From an uncultured Nitrososphaerales archaeon (GTDB lineage Archaea > Thermoproteota > Nitrososphaeria > Nitrososphaerales > Nitrososphaeraceae), in NCBI GenBank assembly GCA_963695855.1, contig CAVOHZ010000010.1:256001-320000 (forward strand): DNA of 64,000 bases, given 5' to 3'. Below are positions 20,496 to 31,590 of this stretch, in pieces. The position numbers and the translations under genes are program-made. The notes under the pieces were generated by a model. The model was not told the origin of the DNA and ran no database searches. It saw nothing but the letters and a program-made list of their open reading frames with translations. Positions within the stretch are counted from its first letter, which is position 1. Every line of letters starts with the position of its first letter.

Positions 20496-21673
20496 GAGAG
20501 TGGGTCATAATTCATTAAACGAATATTGTAATGTTAACAATAGTATATACTCAATCCTTATGTTCCTAACATGTATTTGATTGCTCTGGGATTATCCTTG
20601 TTGGTTTTACAGTTGTAGTATACAAGAATCTGGTATAGCAAAACTGATAGTAGTACTATAGCACAACCCTTGGCGTATCCTCGTACAGGTAATGGATCTA
20701 TCCTGAACGCGGATTTGATATGTTGTATCAACGGCTCAATTGATATACTTCTCAAGGAATAGATAGCCTGTCCAATATTCGATTCATAAAATTCAACTAA
20801 TTTTATCCGGTCAGCAGATGTATTTTCATATCTTTTTACTGGACACACCAATTGAAATCCCATATCTGTACTGAGATCATATAATTTATGATCATCGTAT
20901 CCAGGATCTGCAGACATGAATAATGTTCTTTTTATAATCCTAAAAGGAATACTTGCTGTCAACATACTGTATATTTGATTGTCAGGTATGTTGGCAGTTG
21001 TAAAATCTGCTGCCAAAGGTACAATGATAGAACCAGTACTAGAAGATATCATATGTAATTTGTATCCAAATATCCAACCTTTTGTATGACTGAATCCCCA
21101 CATTGCATCAGTATCAATACCGGAACGTGGTACTACTTTTTTCTTTATAGATGATTTATGCCAGACATGACCTTTAGCCTTTACAAGTGTACTGTCTGTT
21201 GAAAGAACAGATGGATCGATTATTTTATCGTGAACAAAAATATCACTCATTATAGTTATTCTGTTTTTAATATCATTGGATATTGTGACAAGGCGTCTAT
21301 CAAATGTTCTTCTGCTAGGTACTCTGTATAGCCCACATACTTTCATTACCTTTTTGTTATACGATAGATCCATTGCAAGGTATTCATGCAATGCTCTGTT
21401 AGAATCCAATCTAAACCAAATACGTACTATAAAGCATCTCAAGATAACAGTAGGAGAATAGACATATGGTCTACCACGTCCCCCTCCTCCTCCTCTATTA
21501 TTTTTATGTGGCCAACGAATCAAACCAATCAAATACAAAATACTAATTAGAATAGATGTTGATCTTTTCTGCTGTGCTAGTTTGTTGGTTTGGATGATAA
21601 TTACACCAAAACATCATACACCAATAAACTAGCTTTATTCGTTATGAAAATGGAATAATTATGACCCAGCCTC
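20496..21673 (-). mobile_element. IS element with a DDE_Tnp_1-type transposase
   Basis: TIRs GAGAGTGGGTCATAATT / AATTATGACCCAGCCTC; 8-bp TSD AAATAATT at 20488-95 and 21674-81. Confidence 0.9.
20558..21538 (-). CDS. DDE transposase (IS4/IS5/IS982-like)
   Basis: GRPYVY, TDST, GWIFGYKLH, ADPGYD and R..SIE....IK motifs. Confidence 0.88.
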   Translation of the reverse strand: MYLIGLIRWPHKNNRGGGGGRGRPYVYSPTVILRCFIVRIWFRLDSNRALHEYLAMDLSYNKKVMKVCGLYRVPSRRTFDRRLVTISNDIKNRITIMSDIFVHDKIIDPSVLSTDSTLVKAKGHVWHKSSIKKKVVPRSGIDTDAMWGFSHTKGWIFGYKLHMISSSTGSIIVPLAADFTTANIPDNQIYSMLTASIPFRIIKRTLFMSADPGYDDHKLYDLSTDMGFQLVCPVKRYENTSADRIKLVEFYESNIGQAIYSLRSISIEPLIQHIKSAFRIDPLPVRGYAKGCAIVLLSVLLYQILVYYNCKTNKDNPRAIKYMLGT

Positions 21674-22414
21674 AAATAATTACATTAGCATATGCGTGTT
21701 ACTAATTGACTGCTATTCAACACAGTAATCGTGTCTGTTGAAAACCCGACGGAGCCCAGTTATCCGATCGTCCAATCGAGTAATGACCGTCTGAGATTCG
21801 ATAACCCATGTGAAATTCCTCATGATTTCCACCGAACCGGATCATAAGTTATTATAAACGGTAACAGATTACAATATAATAATATATTTTGTCAAATTGA
21901 TTTAAATATCTTCTTTTTTAAACATTTCTGCTAATGTAAATTCATACATTGATCAAACCTCTTTACTTCAATTTTTACTAAAATATCAATTAATGTTCTT
22001 CTTATAGTGGATATTTCGGAATGATAAAATATTACAAGATTAGATAATGTTCCTTCTAACCTCAGATATATTAAATTCACATTTAACAATCTAATGAGCA
22101 ATACTAACAACAGAATGATAGTATTTGCCTCTATACTGGGAGCAATACTAGCAACAGGGGGTGGTCACTTCCGAATTTTGGTGTGAATGTATATATAATG
22201 GTAAAGTCATATAATCTCGTCATAAAATTATTGTACGATTTGTAAAATATTTCTAAAGAAAGTTACATTAGAGAAGAGAGTCCTAAAAAGGTCAGGCGTG
22301 TGAAATTTTGGAGAAATAATCCTGATATCTTACAGAGTTTCATGTTTTTAATAAATATACGTTCCTTTCGAATAAGGGAGACTTTCGCATAAAGGAGAAC
22401 CTGAACAGTAAAAA

Positions 22415-23605
22415 ATGAGATTCGTAGGTTCAAAGGGGATTAGATTTTCAGAGACGAACAGAAAGTGTTGTATCTGCTTTATTGATGTTGTAGATTCAAC
22501 AAAAAATACTTTGAAATTTACTGATTTAAACTATACAAGAAAATATTACTCGACATTTATTAACTCTATATATGAAATAGTAAAAAAGTATAATGCAAAG
22601 GTTGTAAAAAACATTGGCGATTCATTACTATTTTATTTCCCTGAGACTGCTGATAGTATAAATATTTCAAGGTTTGGAAAGGCATTAGAATGCGGTTTGG
22701 AAATTCTTGAAAATCGTCAAAATGTTAATGATAAATTATCAGATGAAAACTTTCCACCATTTAACTATAGGATAAGCATGGATTACGGACCGGTTGAAAT
22801 GGCCTTATCAGGCGAGTACAATCAATTAGATATTTTTGGATCCGCAGTAAACCTATGTGCCAAAATTAATATTCTATCTAACCCAAATGAATTAGTAATA
22901 GGAGACAATTTCTATAGAATCCTAAATGCTTATTCACCTATTGTCGAAAAGCATTACTTGTTTAATTTTTCTAAAGATTTTACTGTTTTAAATGGTTGTG
23001 AAACTTGTTCTCAAAAGAATGTATGCAAATTGTTTCGTGTAGCAGGAGAGTATATGAGTTTAGAGGATACAAAATATTCATGTTATATTATTAAAAGAAA
23101 ATATCCAAAAAATTTATCCTATAAAAATCAATATATTTCCAAATTAAATAATACAAGAGGTCCTGAATTTTCTATTCTTGATGGTCAGAAAGATCAGGTT
23201 GAATATGAGAAAGAATATAGAGATTATAATAATATAAAAAAAATTATTCTGGTTGATGATAATCCTGAAGTTTTATACACTTTGGAATCATTTTTGACTG
23301 AATTTAAGTACAATATTAATTCCTTTACAGATTACACACAGGCATTACAATACATGAGATCAAATCCATTCTATGATAATCTTTTGATAATAACAGATAT
23401 TGTATTAAAAAAAGAGAATGGATTGCAGTTTTATCTACAGGCCAAAACTATTGATCCAACTATAAAATTTCTTTTTATTACTGGATATGATATTGTAGAT
23501 GAGGTAATATCCGTAATCCCTGGTCTGAATAAGGGTTACATAGTTAGAAAACCTATAGAAAAAAATACGTTTGTGAATAAGGTAAATTCACTACTACCTA
23601 TCTAG
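22415..23605 (+). CDS. Class III adenylate/guanylate cyclase fused to a receiver domain
   Basis: FIDVVDST, KNIGD, DIFGSAVNLCAKI; IILVDD...ITD...FITG...RKP. Confidence 0.88.
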   Translation: MRFVGSKGIRFSETNRKCCICFIDVVDSTKNTLKFTDLNYTRKYYSTFINSIYEIVKKYNAKVVKNIGDSLLFYFPETADSINISRFGKALECGLEILENRQNVNDKLSDENFPPFNYRISMDYGPVEMALSGEYNQLDIFGSAVNLCAKINILSNPNELVIGDNFYRILNAYSPIVEKHYLFNFSKDFTVLNGCETCSQKNVCKLFRVAGEYMSLEDTKYSCYIIKRKYPKNLSYKNQYISKLNNTRGPEFSILDGQKDQVEYEKEYRDYNNIKKIILVDDNPEVLYTLESFLTEFKYNINSFTDYTQALQYMRSNPFYDNLLIITDIVLKKENGLQFYLQAKTIDPTIKFLFITGYDIVDEVISVIPGLNKGYIVRKPIEKNTFVNKVNSLLPI

Positions 23606-23884
23606 TATTTTACATTCGCTCTTATTGACAAATGTTTCAGTCAAGCTTAAAGCCATATAATACATTTCAAAGATGTCTTTACTTTAACCACATCTCTTCC
23701 TGAATGTAACTTTAATAATCTAGCATCTTCTAAATACTGTAATCAATGTGGTTCAAAACTTATTGATCTTACCTAAATAAATCCACATCGACTAATTGAC
23801 TTTGGGCTTATTGCACCCATGAAATTGGTTCTCTAAAATAGTTAATACATAGAAATTCACTTGTGTTTGTTGAAAATATATTAA

Positions 23885-24572
23885 GAGCCTATCCCAAAAT
23901 ATCCTCCTGTAGATAATAATGCTATTAGCCAATAGTACAAGACCTAGATAGTTCTCCTCATCCTTCTTTTCATATCTTGTAAATAACTTCCTCAATCTAT
24001 TGTGCCATGAATTTGTTCTCTCTACAACCCATCTTCTTGAGGGATGTTTTGTAGAAAATATTCTTTCTTTTTCTCTTCTGTGTCGTATATGCGGTATGTA
24101 TCCCCTTTTGACCATTTCTTGTTCTACTTCGTTGGAATGATATGCTTTATCAAGACACAGATTTTGTTTCCTCTGGTTATGCTTTACTTTCTTTGGGAGA
24201 TGATGATGGTCTTTTGATTACAATGTTATCAACTGTATCAATTGCAACAGTAACATCGTGAGTATTCGCAGATGTTATAACAGTAGAGGGAGGAATACCA
24301 TCTTTATCTGTAAGAATATGTCTTTTGCTGCCTAATTTGCTTCTGTCAGTAGGATTATGGCCTGTCCTCGCCCCCCTAAAGGTGACTTTATAGAGATGCT
24401 GTCAAGTGATTGCCATTTCCATTTTCATCTGGTAAAATATTTTTAATTTCATACCATAGGTCATCTGGAATACGTATAATTGTTCTAACATATTTTTTAC
24501 TCTTACTCAAACATTATCACATATGATAGGAAACCAACGAGCTATATTCCTATCTATTTTTGGGATAGGCTC
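23885..24572 (-). mobile_element. Internally deleted IS5-family (IS1031-like) element with transposase pseudogene
   Basis: TIR GAGCCTATCCCAAAA at both ends, TAA duplication, RWVVERTNSW motif. Confidence 0.88.
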
Positions 24573-24687
24573 TAAATTTATTATACATTAAACACATATA
24601 TAAAAAGAGTTTTGTACAACTAAACAATCAAAAACTTTGCTTATATTATTGAGCTAAAAATAAAAAAATAAAAGAAATGATGATTGA

Positions 24688-25200
24688 TTATTTTGCTAGG
24701 TTCTCCAGATGTCCTAAAACCACTCCATATCCTATGTCTTCTACCAGGTTATAAGCTCCTCTGTAATCAAAGAGATTCTGAAGCATGAGCAATCCTGATT
24801 GTACTTCAATTACATCTTCAGAATTTGTATTTTTTAGTTCTGGAATCAATCCAACAAAGATCGTTTGTGCAGTTTTCAGGTGGTCTCTAGCGACCTGATA
24901 TTCTTTCTGATCAACTAATTTTCCTTCACCCACTCCCTTTATCTTTTCTACGAGTGTGAGGTTAACTGCTACAGGAGTATGTTCACCCTCAACGTACTGG
25001 GCTCCCATAGCCTTGGCATACGATTGTAGTGCTTGATCAACGTGTGTTGATGCTTCCTGAACTGACTTCTTGACATCATCCTGTCCATATGCATTCGGAC
25101 TTGATAAAGCAGAGTAGCCAGAAAAAATGGCTATTGACAATGATAGCATCAACAAACTAAAGAAAATTACTTCTTCCTTTTGTATAGTTATTCGCTTCAT
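24688..25200 (-). CDS. Secreted helical-bundle protein
   Basis: Signal peptide and amphipathic helices. Confidence 0.75.
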   Translation of the reverse strand: MKRITIQKEEVIFFSLLMLSLSIAIFSGYSALSSPNAYGQDDVKKSVQEASTHVDQALQSYAKAMGAQYVEGEHTPVAVNLTLVEKIKGVGEGKLVDQKEYQVARDHLKTAQTIFVGLIPELKNTNSEDVIEVQSGLLMLQNLFDYRGAYNLVEDIGYGVVLGHLENLAK

Positions 25201-25371
25201 TGTAGCTATGTTTAATACATCATTTTATAAAGAGTGAGCGTACAATAAATTACACTGCAACAAGTATCAGTATATTTCTCATTCAATAGATAAGACTAAT
25301 AATAACAGAAATAGGCCAATTTTTTGTTATTATTACCCGTTGTTTATTTATAATTCAAATCAAAAAAAAAA

Positions 25372-25816
25372 TTATTTTTGAGGTACTACTGTCATTTTTC
25401 CTTTTATGTTTAAGGGATCAGGTACTAGAATAGAAAGGATAATCTCCAGGTGATAGATTAAATGATAGATATTCGGAAAACGATCCAGGCATAATCATCT
25501 TTGTGTCGAATATTTTACCTGCCATTTGGTCATCTGGACTTGCACCATTTGTAAACGAATGATCTTTCGTTGAATTATTCAAGATCAATACCTCCTCTCC
25601 CTGCTTGATTGTAAATTCAGATGGCTTAAAGAGTACATTTCCGCTTTTATCTTCATTGATATGGAGAACTACAGCGATCGGAGAAGCATCTGGGCTGGTG
25701 TCAGGCGTATGTATCTGACCATCTATAGATTGTACTGCAAATGAATTTACGCTAAAGGTTAACAAGGCTAAAAGAGCTGACAAAATTATGGTGTTTGAAA
25801 TTATTTTTTTAGTCAT
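25372..25816 (-). pseudogene. Cupredoxin-like protein lacking the Cys ligand, with a frameshift near the C-terminus
   Basis: FKPS, HSFTNG, FDT, GDYPFYSST; DPLNIKGKMTVVPQK continues in another frame. Confidence 0.65.
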
Positions 25817-26232
25817 TTTCTTATTAACAATATATTATTTGATACCAATATTTCATTTTTTTCTTTTTTATCTTGATTTTACTGTTATAATAATAAAATA
25901 AAATATTATTTTATTTTATTTTTCTTTTTTTTTTTGATTTAGATTAATTAATTCATTAACTAATCTAATATACTAGCAATATTTGTTAATGACTACGTAA
26001 ATAGCAATCCAGTTTTCGATCAAAAAAGCAACATTCAATGATGTACCAACTATTTACCCCGACATGCAGAAGAGACGTTACAAAAATTTAAATTTAATTT
26101 ATAGGACTTACAGACTGAGTTGGATACAGACAATAAAGAAATAAACACGGAGGAGATAAGAAGTATATTGAAAGCGATGGAGTATTTATGTGACGAACTT
26201 GACGACTTACCTTTATTGATGGATAAATCGAA

Positions 26233-26427
26233 ATGAGTATGCCATTAATATGTTCTATTGCGGAATGCGCACGTCCTGGGAGTATCTCTACATTTATTGT
26301 TGCAGACATAAAAGACGGAAATCTTGGAAGACAGAATGTAAGAGTTACATTCTGTGAGTATCATAGGGAGATTGCATTCTCACAACAACAATGTCCATCA
26401 CCATCACCAGAAGAACAGAAGAAATGA
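26233..26427 (+). CDS. Small C-x4-C...CxxH protein
   Basis: CSIAEC...FCEYH. Confidence 0.5.
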   Translation: MSMPLICSIAECARPGSISTFIVADIKDGNLGRQNVRVTFCEYHREIAFSQQQCPSPSPEEQKK

Positions 26428-26646
26428 GTCAAAGTAATATTTATCCAAAAAACTGTAGGTATGGTTGTAATACAAGGATTTACTGCAATACTGCAGAAAA
26501 ATACATACTTTGAAGTACTTGGACAAAAGAAGCATGTTTGTCCGAATAGAACTAACAACAAAGTAGCTTTTACTACTCCTAGTAGTACTACAACATATTA
26601 TAGTAAAAAACCTGGAATCCTAAACCAAAAATGTCAATTCCTTTGA
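26424..26646 (+). pseudogene. Frameshifted small Cys/His protein
   Basis: MSQSNIYPKNCRYGCNTRIY continues as NTYFEVLGQKKHVCPNR in another frame. Confidence 0.45.
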
Positions 26647-26862
26647 GTTCTTGCAGGGTAGTGTTGCAAGTGTACAGAGACAGTAGACACAGAATCTTTA
26701 TTTATATTAATTTTATATTTTAATAAGGAATAAGATTTAATAGCATTATGAATGAAAAAAGAAGACTTGTATATTCAACTTTTTTCAGTTAATTTAGTAT
26801 TTTAGAAACAATACAGTTTGGAATTATAATGTTATACGGTAAGATAACCATCTTTTTATATT

Positions 26863-27606
26863 ATGCTTGATTTTGTCAATTTAATGAATATCAATTTTAA
26901 TAGCAAAAATAACAGATACTACATTCTTTTGTTTATGGTATCTGTATTTAGTACAATAGTTTTTCTTGCTAGTTATAATGACGTTCAATCGGTATTTGCA
27001 AATCCTCAAGTTATGGACCCAAATCAGATGCAGACAATGATGAAACAGATGAATAAAACTGGTATGATGATGGGACCGGTGATGGGACCGGTGATGGGAC
27101 CAATGATGACAGGGCAGCAATGGCCTATGATGGGACCGATGATGGGACCGATGATGGGACAACAACCGCCTATGATGGGACCGATGATGGGACCGATGAT
27201 GGGACAACAACCGCCTATGATGGGACCGATGATGGGACAACAACCGCCTATGATGGGACCGATGATGGGACAACAACCGCCTATGATGGGACCGATGATG
27301 GGACAACAACCGCCTATGATGGGACCGATGATGGGACAACAACCGCCTATGATGGGACCGATGATGGGAATGGGACAAGGTATGACAATGCCCTGTATGA
27401 TGATGGCACCGATGATGATGGGAAATCAGACTATGATGGGTATGATGCCATGTATGATGAATCCAGGAATGATGATGGGAGGACAACAAGCGCCTATGAT
27501 GGGACAGATGATGATGATGGACCCAAACCAGATGCAGACAATGATGAAACAGATGAATAAAACTGGTATGATGATGGCACCGATGATGGGAGCGACTAAT
27601 AAATAA
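26863..27606 (+). CDS. Secreted, extremely Met-rich low-complexity protein
   Basis: Signal peptide; 33-bp GQQPPMMGPMM repeats; about 80 Met in 247 aa by hand count. Confidence 0.85.
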   Translation: MLDFVNLMNINFNSKNNRYYILLFMVSVFSTIVFLASYNDVQSVFANPQVMDPNQMQTMMKQMNKTGMMMGPVMGPVMGPMMTGQQWPMMGPMMGPMMGQQPPMMGPMMGPMMGQQPPMMGPMMGQQPPMMGPMMGQQPPMMGPMMGQQPPMMGPMMGQQPPMMGPMMGMGQGMTMPCMMMAPMMMGNQTMMGMMPCMMNPGMMMGGQQAPMMGQMMMMDPNQMQTMMKQMNKTGMMMAPMMGATNK

Positions 27607-28221
27607 GTAATTTCATTTTTTTTATTTTTTACCAATCATAAATAGTTAAATTTTTAATTTTTCTAGCAGTGCCATTTTCAATAAATTTTTCTGAGAATTT
27701 AAATAAACATCCCTTATTTATTTATCATTGAATCTTTAAAGAATGAAAATGGAAATTTATATTGTCGTAATAATTGAAATTACCAATAATCAAATTAGAA
27801 AAAGATAACCTTGAACATTTTTAATACAAATAATGAAATTGTGTTAACTTGTAAAAAAAACTAATTTCTTGACAACGATAAAGCACATCAATTTGAATTT
27901 GCCATATATGGGAATTGACATATTCGGTATTTAGCTTTTTATTAGGAAATCAGAAGTCTTCTCAGGACCTGTGTCATTGATTTCAGCTTTAATCTTGAAT
28001 TGTTATGAGTTCAACAGACACTTGATTCATCAATAACAATCACTCCCTTAGAATCTACAATTAATAACGGCAATAATACAACAACAGTAAGAGAACAGAC
28101 AACAACGATAGGACCTGTTGCCTCTTTATAATAAATTTTTAAGCATATTGGTGAAGTAAATGCAAGACAGATAAAAAAAGTAAATTTACAATTAAAAAGA
28201 TGATTATATAGGACAGCTTGT

Positions 28222-29349
28222 TTACATACCACCGCCACCGTTCATTGACATACCACCACCACCACCACCGTTCATTGACATATTCATTGAATTAGAACCC
28301 ATCATAGAACCAGTATTGGTAGCATTTTTAGAGGGAGAAAGAGTGAATGTCATTTCGTTTTTCACATTTTGATTATTTTTACTAATACTAGTACCATCAT
28401 CATTCTGTACTATTTTCTGAGCAATATTCAGAATATCAGGTTTTGTTAACATGACATGAACTATGTCTTTAGAGGAATTTGTTCTATCTACCATTATTGA
28501 TTTAGGAGACAAATCAATATTATTGATAGTACCTGTATATCCGTTGGCAGCTAAAGGACTAGGATTTGGAATGGATAATTCCTCGTGAACATAAACACTC
28601 ACTTTTTTTAACCTATCAAGATTCCAATCAAAAGGCATTCCAAATTTTAATTCATTATTAGGAGAATCATAGTTGAAATTATTTAATTCGTCATAATATG
28701 AAATTGCTTGTATTGGATAAGATGTTCCATTAATTTCAATATTCTTATCTATTGAATAACCTACACTAAGCCAGCCTTCATACACAGGCTGTTTATCTGT
28801 TGGAAGCATGGTTGTGTCAAAATCAAGTGTTACTATAGTGACAATAAAGTGATATAGCCCTCCCTCGGCAAATATTGGACCTGTTGCAGATACAAGATGT
28901 TCCATATCGCCAGTATAAGCTGCCATAATAGGGTCTTGTTCCCCATATATTATAATGTGATCAGCACTAGAAGGTTTCATCTGTATTCCTAGATTGCCTG
29001 TATGAGAATGAAAAGTATCTAATAATAGACGCTTTCCACTTTTTTCAATCTCTATTAGATATGTTACATGGTTTATACTTTTATTAGTAGCTTTATCATC
29101 TAGTTTGAATTGAATTAAAGGATTTTGACCACCTTTTAAAGTCTCTGTTGTAACTACAGGAGGCCACATCTTTATCAAAAGTGAAAGGTCCCTTCCACCC
29201 ACGGATGCTGATAATTCTTCCATAAACAAACCATCTCCAAATATGGGAATAAATGGAAATGAGCTAGTAACAAATAGCAGAGGAAGAATAGCAAATAAAA
29301 TAGAGATTATAAATCTATTAGTTTTCATAATGGTAGTAATAATAATCAT
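28222..29349 (-). CDS. Secreted thaumarchaeal-type protein with His motifs and a Met/Gly-rich tail
   Basis: Signal peptide; HVTY, FHSH, GGLYHF and VHEE motifs. Confidence 0.75.
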   Translation of the reverse strand: MIIITTIMKTNRFIISILFAILPLLFVTSSFPFIPIFGDGLFMEELSASVGGRDLSLLIKMWPPVVTTETLKGGQNPLIQFKLDDKATNKSINHVTYLIEIEKSGKRLLLDTFHSHTGNLGIQMKPSSADHIIIYGEQDPIMAAYTGDMEHLVSATGPIFAEGGLYHFIVTIVTLDFDTTMLPTDKQPVYEGWLSVGYSIDKNIEINGTSYPIQAISYYDELNNFNYDSPNNELKFGMPFDWNLDRLKKVSVYVHEELSIPNPSPLAANGYTGTINNIDLSPKSIMVDRTNSSKDIVHVMLTKPDILNIAQKIVQNDDGTSISKNNQNVKNEMTFTLSPSKNATNTGSMMGSNSMNMSMNGGGGGGMSMNGGGGM

Positions 29350-29520
29350 TTATAGTATTATAATATTATTGTTATAGAACCTTGTCAAATCCTCGGTTTA
29401 TCTATATTTGATATTTGAAATAAATGTGTCAAAAGTAGATTGATATTATTTATTACAAATGCAAACAGTTGAAGCTGGGCCATAATTCGGTTAGTAAAAG
29501 CTCAATAAATAATCGATAAA

Positions 29521-29570
29521 AAGTTTATTCTAATTCTGTCTTTATAAGTTTATTCTAATTCTGTCTTTAT
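29521..29570. repeat. Perfect 25-bp tandem duplication
   Basis: AAGTTTATTCTAATTCTGTCTTTAT x2. Confidence 0.9.
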
Positions 29571-29901
29571 GTATGATAATTGCAGGATTGTAGTACTAAG
29601 CAAACAAGAAAAGAGACAGAACAAAAAAACATCATTGTATAACCAGTTTCAGACTATTGCTATCAAATGAGTTCTATTATTAGAAAATTAAATCCATAGG
29701 CCAAAGATATAAAATTCAAAATAGATAGATTTACTGAAACATTTTTGAATGAGCTATTATCTCTGGTATTTCTATTGTCATGTATTCCTTACATTTTTGG
29801 TTGTCTAGAGTAATTTATAAAAAAACCAACGAATTTTTGTTTGCATTCTGTTAGTTAGTGTTGCAAGGTACTCATAATTTTTAAATAGCACTATAAGTAG
29901 C

Positions 29902-30732
29902 GTGTTATTAATGTTACATAATTTTGTTTCAGTAGTTGTTGTTGCATCAATCTTTCTAGTTACTATAGTAGCCTCTAATCAGGTATCTGCACAACCTGTA
30001 AGTATCTTACAACAGAATAATAATGCAATCTATGCAGTAAGCATAGTTCCTGGTGCAGCACAAAAAAATAATACTTATCATTACTATCCACCCGTTATTG
30101 CTGTACCTCAGGGAACGACTGTTGGTTGGTTCAACAGCGATTATGGACAGCCGCATACTGTAACTAGCGGTGCAATAGGTGATGCTGATTCTGGTTCTCT
30201 ATTTAACTCTGGTATTATGCCTGCAACTGCTAATTCATTCTTTCAATATACATTTTCAAAAACTGGAGATATTCTGTACCACTGTGAAATTCATCCATGG
30301 CGAGTAGGAAAGGTCTCTACAAATAACGTATATGAAACAGGACATTATTTCCAAATTTCTTATGGTGCAGGGGCTTCATGGGATTTAACAAAGGATCCTA
30401 GGTCACTTATGATTATCAAACCAAGTACTGTTCCCCTAGATAAAAAAACTGCAATTTCCTATAATATTACTATCCAAGATAGCGAAGATAAAAGATTATT
30501 CTCAAATAACTATAATACAATCGGGGATAGTCTTCCGATAGAATTTATCTCTGGTGGAAATGAAACGAGTTCATATGGTCCAGATTTTAGTAGTACAGGT
30601 GCATATCATGTCCTAGCAGGATTTCTAGAGAACGATAAAGCCTATAAAATGACAGCTGAGATTAGTTCTATAAATTACCAACAACCAGATTCTAGAATAA
30701 TAGACGAGTTTATTTTTAAAACCGTTTCTTAA
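29902..30732 (+). CDS. Secreted cupredoxin-domain protein (paralog of 14349)
   Basis: HTVTSG, YHCEIHPWR; shares SYGPDFSSTGAYHV with 14349. Confidence 0.88.
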   Translation: MLLMLHNFVSVVVVASIFLVTIVASNQVSAQPVSILQQNNNAIYAVSIVPGAAQKNNTYHYYPPVIAVPQGTTVGWFNSDYGQPHTVTSGAIGDADSGSLFNSGIMPATANSFFQYTFSKTGDILYHCEIHPWRVGKVSTNNVYETGHYFQISYGAGASWDLTKDPRSLMIIKPSTVPLDKKTAISYNITIQDSEDKRLFSNNYNTIGDSLPIEFISGGNETSSYGPDFSSTGAYHVLAGFLENDKAYKMTAEISSINYQQPDSRIIDEFIFKTVS

Positions 30733-30844
30733 TATTTTTATTTTATCTATCTATATCGTTGGTCATATCATTTCTTCTGCAAAATAATACAATCACGTTA
30801 AGATATTTTTAAATGTTCTACATGCTAATTAGTTATTTTCAAAT

Positions 30845-31200
30845 CAGTTATTTTTCAAATCATCCTCAATTTGACAAAATTGTTCTAATACTGATTTAAG
30901 ATTTTCGATTATTTCCTGTCTTATTATATTTGGGAAAGTAAGATTATCCGAATCTTGAAGACTCTCATCTCTTGAACAGAAAACATCAAGATTGACTTTC
31001 TCTTTTTAAAAGTTCATCATAAGTAAAACTTTTGAATCTTTCCGTTTCCTTTCTCTTGTGTCTGTTTTCAGGGTTATAACATTTTATGAAATCTTTCAAA
31101 ACTTCATATTGAGTGCCAATCTTCAGAGTAAATTTTTATCTTTTTGTAAATTATTCTTTATTGTTGTAACAAGAGACAAAGATGTTGATTGGTTCCATAC
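30845..31200 (-). pseudogene. hsdM: C-terminal remnant of a type I restriction-modification M subunit
   Basis: CYNPENRHKRKETERFKSFTYDEL.KR.KVNLD....DESLQDSDNL...IIRQEIIENL. Confidence 0.7.
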
Positions 31201-31401
31201 GATAAAAAAATGACTATCTCTTGGTTAATTAAATGATATTAGACGCCTTCAAAATATTGGGCATTTCATTTAATGTAAACAGATACATATTGTATAAAAT
31301 TAGAAGTGCCATAGTAGCCTAACTGCAGCGATTTGAATTTGTCATATACGGTGCCTTGTTGAATACATGTAAAAGTCTTTTCCTGTTATCTATTCTCTTA
31401 T

Positions 31402-31543
31402 CCAACTGGCTAACCCCTTGTTGTGCGTGACCTGTCTTACTAGGATAAGGTCTTGCTTGTTGAATGGGGATATGTGTAAGCTGCTGTATATGTGAGCCAT
31501 AAAGAGCTCTGATAGATGTTTGCAGCTTTGTCTGGCTAGTTGG
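31402..31543 (+). ncRNA. Predicted bridge RNA of IS110-B copy 1
   Basis: Closing stem CCAACTGGCTA/TGGCTAGTTGG and two internal-loop hairpins with target and donor guides. Confidence 0.8.
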
Positions 31544-31590
31544 TTGGTTGGTTGGTATACTGATACTAGTATCATAATAAAAAAAAGGAG

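Noticed and set aside
21575-21587. 13-bp identity (TGCTAGTTTGTTG) with the outer flank of IS110-B copy 2
   Set aside because: Short, does not extend on either side, and plausible by chance
27130-27370. Possible CRISPR array (also considered at 6411-6518 and 61230-61640)
   Set aside because: Tandem in-frame coding repeats with no unique spacers, and no cas genes
26881-27560. His-rich and Asp/Thr-rich ORFs overlapping the Met-rich gene
   Set aside because: Frame shadows of the same repeat; only the Met frame has a signal peptide
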